Assembly: GCA_001643675.2 (NCBI GenBank)
Contig: LSRY02000023.1
Location: 806,001 to 870,000, forward strand
Direction of reading: 5' to 3'
Length of the DNA: 64,000 nt
From: Monocercomonoides exilis PA203
Taxonomy: Eukaryota > Protista > Preaxostyla
Both the position numbers and the translations under genes were made by a program. The notes beneath the pieces are model-generated. The model had not been told where the DNA came from. It worked only from the letters and a program-made list of their open reading frames with translations, and ran no database searches. Positions 58,101-64,000 of this stretch are shown piece after piece (positions within the stretch are counted from its first letter, which is position 1; every line of letters starts with the position of its first letter).

Positions 58101-61100
58101 CACACTCCACTTTTGTTTCTTCTTCTTCGCAACTGACTTTGTCTCATTGTTCTCTTTCTCTTCAAAATCCTTCATCAGAAATGTCATTTCTATTCTTATC
58201 TGTTGAGTCTGGAACGTTGACCATTGAATCGTTTTCTGCTTCATCAATTGATTTGAGAAGAAATTCATTGATCTTATTATCAGGAAGTTGCACAGATAGC
58301 GAGCTCATGAATACTCCCTGGTTGAACATGACGAAATGCAATTTCACAGAAATTGAAAGGGAAGCTGGAAGTGGAGGGTGTGTGAGCATTGACAACAGCA
58401 ATGATGAAAAGGCAAAATCACAAATAAACATTGAAGAATGTGAATTTGATGGATGCTCTGTGCTTGCTGATGAAAGCAGAGGAGGGGCCGTTGATGCTCA
58501 GTTGAAAGGGAATACTCAATTGAATATTATTTCATGCACATTCACAGGATGCACAGCACCAGCTGGAGAAGGGAAGATTGGGTTTGGGGGAGGAATGGCA
58601 CTGAAGCTGATTGATGACTATTCTACGTTCATAATATCATCACCTGTTTTTGATTTTGATAAGCCAAATATTGCGAGACATGGAAATAATCTTTTTGTTG
58701 AATCATCCAACTTGACAAAGAGCATCACAAATGCCTCTCTTCCATTTGTATTTGAACATCTGGCAGATATTTCATTGGATTCAATGAGCGGCTTTGATGG
58801 GAATGACACAATGAATGCCATTCCACTGGTGTATTTCTGGAGAACATTTGGTTCGGAAATATTCATTGGAGGTGAAGGTTGCGATGTGTGTGTCTGTGGG
58901 CTTTCTGATTATCCTTGCCAATCAATCGATTATTCTCTGTCCAAAATCCAAGGAAGAAATGAAAAGAATATTAACATCATTGGAAAAGGAGTTCTCCAAA
59001 AAAGTGTTGATGTGAGTGGAATATCAGTGAAATCGGATGAGAGCAGCATGTGCTCGTTGGAATGTCTCTCTTCATTTGAAGGAGCAGAGGAAGCAGCAAT
59101 GAAGACTCAAGGCATCACAAATCTCGAACTGATTCGCTTTGTTATTCCATCTTCATTTGCAAGTGGAGTGAATGTTCTGATCCATGTTGGATCAAGTGAA
59201 GGACTGTTGACTCTGAAAGACTGCTCATTCACCAAAAATGAAGAAAGCAGAGAAGAAACAATGAATTACGGGCTGATCAAGGCAGATGGAGGAACAGTTC
59301 AATTGGACATTGTTTCAATGCAATCACTCAGCTTTTCAAAAGATGTAATTTCTGTGTTGTCAACAACGATATTGAACATCAGAAATCTGACGATGAAGAA
59401 TATTGAGCTGGATGGATCAAGCGGATTGAGCATATCAAAGAGTTCAAGAAGAGAAAATAATGAAATTGAGCATGATGTTGTTATTGGGTGGAGCGTGTTT
59501 GAAGAAGTTGCCCAGAACACAACAGATAATATTCCCATCATTCGAAATGAGAATGATGTTGAGCCATTGAAAATAGAGATTCGAAACACAGCGATGAAGA
59601 AGTGTGGTGGAACAAGGTGTGGAAAGGGTGGAGGGATGTTTTGTGTGTTGAATGAGGGAGGAAACTTTGACTGCTCATTTTGCACGATTTCTGAGTGCTT
59701 CTGCTCGACCACAGGAAGAGGCGGGTGGCTGTTTCTGGAGTGCACTTCGACAGTTGAACATCCTCTGAAGTTTGTTCTCTCAAATATCACCTTCAAAGAC
59801 AACACTGCATCGAAGGGAAGAGATGTGTATGTGAGATGTCACTCAATCGAAAAGCAAATAGTTGATGAACAATTCTTGCTGGATTTCAGAGCGCCGTTTG
59901 TGAAAGATCTTGCGGTGTGGGGTTGCACAACAGACTCGTTTGAAGGAGAAGAAGATCTTCTGCTGAGAGTCGTGAAATATCTGAGCGAGACGATCTTTGT
60001 ATCTTCTGTTTCTGAAAATCACAAAAATAGCAAGCAATGTGGAGAGTTCAGCATGCCTTGCCAATCACTGGATGTTGGAGTGCAACACATCATTCCTTCA
60101 TCGTATTCGCAGCTGTTGATCTCGAAGGAGACAGTTATTGTTGGGGAATGCGAAGCAATGGATTTGATCGTCCGCTCATTGCAATCTTCCTCAGCTGCTC
60201 TGGTCCATCTGAACTCAACAATGAATATCAATGAGAGAAATCTGATCACAACCTCAGAGACTGTTCGGATTGAAAAATTGAAATTCAATTTTGGTCAGTC
60301 ATTTTCATATTCTGGAAGTTCAATCATCCATGAAGCAAGTGGCCAGCTGTCTCTTTCATCTATTGATTTCTCTTCGGCTGGGGAGTCAAAAGGAATTCAA
60401 TTTGTTATTCTCAATTCAACGTTGCTGAGCATCGAAAATGGAATTCTTCATGTTGACAACTGCTCAGTGTCACTCCTTTCATTCAAAAAACCTTCATTTC
60501 TGTTCAGTGGCAAAGAGATATCATTGGCAAATGTGAAACTGGAAAACATTGAATCAACATCAAATGTGTTTGAGATTGCTGACTGCAAAGAAGTTGTATT
60601 CAATGGAATATCAGCTGATGGAGTGAGTCTATCTGAGGGTTGTGTCTTTTCAATAAACGAAAAGACTTCAGGGACTGTTTCTGTTGGAAGCTCCTCATTC
60701 AACAACTGTTCAAGGAATTCGGAAGGAGCTTCTGTTTTCTCTGTTTCTTCATCCTCTGCTCAAATAGATCCGTCTAATTGCTCTTGTTCAAGCTGTCATT
60801 CTCTCTCTGAAACAGGAAGCGTTATGGAAGTTAATAACTCAACAGATATTTCAATGAGTCTGTGTCTATTTGATGGAGAACTTGAAGAAGAAAATGAAAA
60901 CGAGAACAGAAATGAATTCAAAGAGATGTGCAAATGGAATGGGTCAGTTGTGGATGTTCAATCCAGCAATGTTGGGATGAAAGACACAACAATCAGCAAC
61001 TCGAAAAAAGGAGGGCTTTCATTGTCAGGTGGAAGTGTGGAGATATATGATGGGAGATTTGAGAACAACAACCCGTCGATGGTGAATTATGGATCGGCAC

Positions 61101-61573
61101 GAAGAAACATTCTGTGTGGAGACTCAGGAAGATTGAGGGTTGTGAGCTTGAAGGGAGGGGATGGATTGGAGAAAAATACCTCTTTGTGGATATTGGATGA
61201 AGGATGCACACTGGAAGGGATTGCAGGAGAAAGAGCATCTCCCTTTTTCATCCCGAGGGTGGAGAGTGTGTCATCGGAAAAGTCAGCGGAGGTGGTGAAT
61301 GTTGTGTTCAGAGGATCAGTTCTCCTTCCATGCAACCTCTCATTCAAGACAGTTGCAGCAGTTGGGGATGAGGAGGTGGTTGAGAAATATTCGTTTGACG
61401 AAAGTGGTTTCATATCAAAGAAGAGGTGCGGGTCTGTTCCTGCCAAGACAGTTGAAGGGGTGGCAAGTGAAGCAGAAGTGAGGGTGTGTATTCTGTTTGG
61501 GAGTGCTGATTCTCCATCAGCCACTGATTCTTTCGTTCTGAAGAACAGGAGAATCCAAAACAAGTGGAGATGA
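55181..61573 (+). CDS. Paralogue of 7758-15512; as given, frameshifted before the TM helix, with degraded TM/cytoplasmic remnants to ~62110
   Basis: 2130-aa ORF collinear with the 2584-aa protein. Small indels begin at ~61415. Confidence 0.8.
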   Translation: MSLHMFLFAHLLLVAVFKCQRFIGVSSSRYEDFGRNCDNRDFIIDPDRIIEQDEHYPTNNNDYNLCERSVLFGAERQQSGISIVINAFFGFYNSSVGLKNVALEHSFSPCVLITEYSTLMMDSCISHQKSGSPFHLQSGSINMENMSVIPQMNIYSGSLLFSSDHKNSVILRNSIIANLVVSSSDYFLLSGKSQSEQIDNCAFRNMSVKYNTNSGHFAEHSCFGSSMENCLIYSCVNAFEGGISSGSYSSQEFICKNTTTNFGKREMNAFQKKERMDTTEGQFFSLCEWVDCTAPQGGALYVHDNSTAILTVENSSFARCNASSTKGGGIYALKIAECIVTHTTFVQCSAATPLYYGGGGIQLQYVYAQSIVEDCLFNKCSSGDDGGAMDLRETKTQRQKHCIINSVFEFCRANSSDSLAGAINHWECNDQIILTNCLFRNCYSMCGGGAVTITINSKNNGILFFYCFFHNNTCEKGGHDIVLQGSTANNIDSTCFSTRETDNRVSTKYGSIDDRSEWLRNDFGIIRFVSSTDSKQKGVDTYACGMDKSYPCNTISHCLTQLIPNHVTIIEMLTGTIKEAQSVDCSSNTYTIYGQSDMSTAIQTEFEESSLSLFSVSTGTLTINDLIFVHDSAYQNNRGSRLFEITGAGELRISALNISAGSAHSVQTAFTAELINIQGGIFQMNNVNWAQTISSTSLFSLSSANGISLILSECTFDGIERTNSGAAVTSFSNDKVNIDLDSCSFSECGSRTSSDGGSMMLCVGNENEVKVKGGNFDGCYCSTSNGLGGGILLRLMNENPNILISSSFGTNTAKWGKDVFVNSPNLEAIANPQKISCVTATLDSFDKVRGYDNGNNSVAIPLCIYLLPTPEEIHVSNTEASDHSHCGIVQFPCLTMKHSLTRQTETRKVVVNGMIEMSDELAFSDQKHEIRGNDDQSGLTVSDASETSNSAMITTSVETELSMLIFSLPPSLSSHSTFVSSSSQLTLSHCSLSLQNPSSEMSFLFLSVESGTLTIESFSASSIDLRRNSLILLSGSCTDSELMNTPWLNMTKCNFTEIEREAGSGGCVSIDNSNDEKAKSQINIEECEFDGCSVLADESRGGAVDAQLKGNTQLNIISCTFTGCTAPAGEGKIGFGGGMALKLIDDYSTFIISSPVFDFDKPNIARHGNNLFVESSNLTKSITNASLPFVFEHLADISLDSMSGFDGNDTMNAIPLVYFWRTFGSEIFIGGEGCDVCVCGLSDYPCQSIDYSLSKIQGRNEKNINIIGKGVLQKSVDVSGISVKSDESSMCSLECLSSFEGAEEAAMKTQGITNLELIRFVIPSSFASGVNVLIHVGSSEGLLTLKDCSFTKNEESREETMNYGLIKADGGTVQLDIVSMQSLSFSKDVISVLSTTILNIRNLTMKNIELDGSSGLSISKSSRRENNEIEHDVVIGWSVFEEVAQNTTDNIPIIRNENDVEPLKIEIRNTAMKKCGGTRCGKGGGMFCVLNEGGNFDCSFCTISECFCSTTGRGGWLFLECTSTVEHPLKFVLSNITFKDNTASKGRDVYVRCHSIEKQIVDEQFLLDFRAPFVKDLAVWGCTTDSFEGEEDLLLRVVKYLSETIFVSSVSENHKNSKQCGEFSMPCQSLDVGVQHIIPSSYSQLLISKETVIVGECEAMDLIVRSLQSSSAALVHLNSTMNINERNLITTSETVRIEKLKFNFGQSFSYSGSSIIHEASGQLSLSSIDFSSAGESKGIQFVILNSTLLSIENGILHVDNCSVSLLSFKKPSFLFSGKEISLANVKLENIESTSNVFEIADCKEVVFNGISADGVSLSEGCVFSINEKTSGTVSVGSSSFNNCSRNSEGASVFSVSSSSAQIDPSNCSCSSCHSLSETGSVMEVNNSTDISMSLCLFDGELEEENENENRNEFKEMCKWNGSVVDVQSSNVGMKDTTISNSKKGGLSLSGGSVEIYDGRFENNNPSMVNYGSARRNILCGDSGRLRVVSLKGGDGLEKNTSLWILDEGCTLEGIAGERASPFFIPRVESVSSEKSAEVVNVVFRGSVLLPCNLSFKTVAAVGDEEVVEKYSFDESGFISKKRCGSVPAKTVEGVASEAEVRVCILFGSADSPSATDSFVLKNRRIQNKWR

Positions 61574-63100
61574 AAGGATTGCTGAAGGAGGAAAGAAAGA
61601 AAGATCGATATGGCCAATTATTGTGATTGCACTTGTTGTGATTTTGTTGATTGTTCTGATTGTTTCAATTATTGATGATGAAACTCTCTAAAAATGAGAA
61701 CGAAGATCTGAGAAAGTGAATGATCAGGATCAAAGGATTGAGATGATGGGAGGAGATGCAGCCTGGGAAGAGTGGCGAAGAGCCGAGCGAGAGGCAGAGA
61801 AGAAGAATGAAGAAAAGATTAAGAAGAGAATGTATGAGGAAAGCCTTGGATGAGATGTGCATCTTCTGTCAAGCCTCTGAGCTCTTTCTTCATGATGATT
61901 CTGAATGGATTCAGAAAGTTGATGAATTGAATAAAGTTGATGTGATCGAATCTTCTGAGTATTTGGAAAGAATCACACCATATAGATTCCACTTCAAAAA
62001 TGATGAGAAGAGAGGATCTGTGCCAACCCCTCATGGATGTCGAATCTGGTGGATGCCATGGCCTGCTCATCTCCTCATGAGAAGCTGACTTTGGATTTGA
62101 GAGAAAGTTTGTTTGTGGAAGAAAGAAGTTATGTGAGCACCTTGGCATCCAATTTAAACAGATTTCTTATCTGAAAATAGTCCACAATAAATTCACACGA
62201 AATTCTTTGTTTATCTGTAAATTATCAAACAAATTAAATTGTATGCCAAGGTGCTCACATAACTTCTCTCTTTCTGCTGCACAAACCAGGAAATAAATGC
62301 TTTGATAAAAAATCAAAAGTCTGTTTGAAGGCTTTCAAAGATGTCCTTTGCTCCCAGCGAGAGTGTTTGTGGAAAGTCAGGGAAAAAAAGTCAGCTACAT
62401 ATCTCATCCATGTGTTTTGCATTGATTACTCAAGTCAGAGAGATTTCCTTCATTTTCTTTTTTATCTTCCTTGTGCTGTTGCTCCATCACTCCTGTTGCA
62501 TTTTTTCATGCTTCCACCATTCATAAACCATATTTCCATGTGGGAGGATTAATCAGCAACTTTGTCAGAAAAGGCAGTGAGCTTGCCAATCACAGCTGCA
62601 TCCTTTCTCTCTCGTATTTTTCTCATTGATTTTTGGGAGTGAATGTGTGAAATGCTGAAAAAACACATATCTATATGAATTGTTACTCCAACGAAAAATG
62701 CCAATGATCTTTTATTAAAAGAATTTTAAAACTTCAAAAGTTAAATACAAACAGAGAAGAGAAGAAAAGATAGAAAAGAAAAACAGAACAACGAGCACAA
62801 ATGAATCAATGAGTCAAATATTATTCAAACAACCCCACAAAAAATGAATAACAAACCCCAAGTTCCTTTCAATAACTTATAAAAATGAATAAAAAGTTTT
62901 TTTAATAAAAAATTGTTCTTTTTGCATTCATTGCAATCATCATAGCATTATGGCTCAAACTCCAGGAAAATATTCTGAAAAGAGCCAACAAGTCAGATTG
63001 AAAAGCTCGTGTTATCCCAATGTTTCACTAGCTCTTTTCTTATTCTTCTTCTTCTTCTTATTCTTCTTCAAGCGCAATTTCTCTGGTGTGTTGCCTCTCA

Positions 63101-64000
63101 TCACTCATCCCCTTTCTTCTCATCGGTGCTTCCTCTCTTGCTCAATTCTCCCACAAGATCAACTGCATCTGACATCGTGAACACAATCGCCCCTTCTGGA
63201 AATCGCATGAAAAACTCTCTTTTCAGATCTTCCAGCCCAGGCCTCTCCTCCGCCTTCTGCGCCATCCCTTTGCTCGCAACCTCCCCAAGAGGCGACTCAC
63301 AACCCACCAACATCTTCGGCCTCTCCCCATCTTTGATCTTCTTCCCCGCCATTTCTGCCTCATACTCCCCAAACGGGATCTGCAGCGTCAGACACTCCCA
63401 CAGCATCATCCCAATCGAAAACACCACTGACTCCTTTGTTGCCCCCATTTTCCTGTTCATCAGCAACTCGGGCGCCTTCCACCGCAAACACTCATATCGG
63501 TTGTCTTCCTCATCCTCAAAGGCTGATGAAGGAAGAGAGTCCTCATCATCACTGGCAGATGTCACAACAGTTAATGAAGAGATGGATGATGAATCAGAAT
63601 CATCAGAGGAGAAGTCGGAGTGCGTGGCAATCGCAATCACCATGTGTTCTGAGAACAACACAATGTGAGGACTCAGATTGGCCAGAGAAGGCAATTCTTT
63701 TTCCTCATCGAATGAATGGAGAGCCCCATTCGCCACCCAGAACAGGATCTGGGAAGCTGTCTGCTCTCTTTGTTGAAGGCTCCCAATTTCCATCTCCTTC
63801 TTTTCATTCCTTCCATGCAACAACATGAACAGCGAATCTCTCAAATCCACAATCAGCTTCTCATGAGGAGATGAGCAGGCCATGGCATCCACCAGATTCG
63901 ACATCGATGAGGTGGTTGGACACAGATCCTCTCCTCGAACAAAAGTGGAATCTGAATCAGTTGAACAAGTGGATGAAATGGAAGGTGAAGGCGATCTCTT
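63101..64000 (-). CDS. C-terminal pseudokinase part of a fourth family member, 5'-partial
   Basis: Frame open to the window edge. LRWKAPEL...DEKKGDE stop, with slight divergence (FDEEKELPSLANL). Confidence 0.85.
   Translation of the reverse strand, partial: KRSPSPSISSTCSTDSDSTFVRGEDLCPTTSSMSNLVDAMACSSPHEKLIVDLRDSLFMLLHGRNEKKEMEIGSLQQREQTASQILFWVANGALHSFDEEKELPSLANLSPHIVLFSEHMVIAIATHSDFSSDDSDSSSISSLTVVTSASDDEDSLPSSAFEDEEDNRYECLRWKAPELLMNRKMGATKESVVFSIGMMLWECLTLQIPFGEYEAEMAGKKIKDGERPKMLVGCESPLGEVASKGMAQKAEERPGLEDLKREFFMRFPEGAIVFTMSDAVDLVGELSKRGSTDEKKGDE

Larger units (their letters stand above)
51147..62100. repeat. Right arm of the large inverted segmental duplication (lacks both DIRS-like insertions)
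   Basis: See the left arm. It provides the empty sites near 53035 and 53960. Confidence 0.9.

Noticed and set aside
1-64000. Alternative genetic code (TAR=Gln), and rRNA/tRNA genes
   Set aside because: ORFs of 1900-2600 codons contain no in-frame TAA/TAG under the standard code, and no RNA gene was recognisable by eye.

Overview
Eukaryotic, intron-containing, AT-rich genomic DNA. The protein families resemble those I associate with oxymonad protists such as Monocercomonoides (inference, not checked). The window is built from nested inverted repeats. Two tail-to-tail pairs of giant single-pass surface proteins (Cys/GG-rich beta-helix-like ectodomain, TM helix, C-terminal pseudokinase) sit at either end. 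The left pair shares an apparently identical ~2.75 kb 3' arm but has different ectodomains. A ~11 kb block (7.8-28.9 kb, minus insertions) recurs inverted at 51.1-62.1 kb. The left copy carries two insertions (16734-21734, 22645-27079) that are absent from the right copy. Both have the DIRS-type terminal design: non-identical inverted termini, an internal complementary region (ICR) spelling the circle junction, and CAA at both ends. They encode a tyrosine recombinase and vestiges of RNase H/methyltransferase, but no recognisable reverse transcriptase. Their termini co-vary with their own ICR, and they carry a conserved multi-hairpin 3' region. The middle of the window holds a 5-exon sugar-porter MFS gene, a large CCDC87-like gene, a Merlin/IS1595-type transposase relic, a second ~2 kb inverted duplication and two TA-flanked MITE-like elements. 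All alignments were done by eye.
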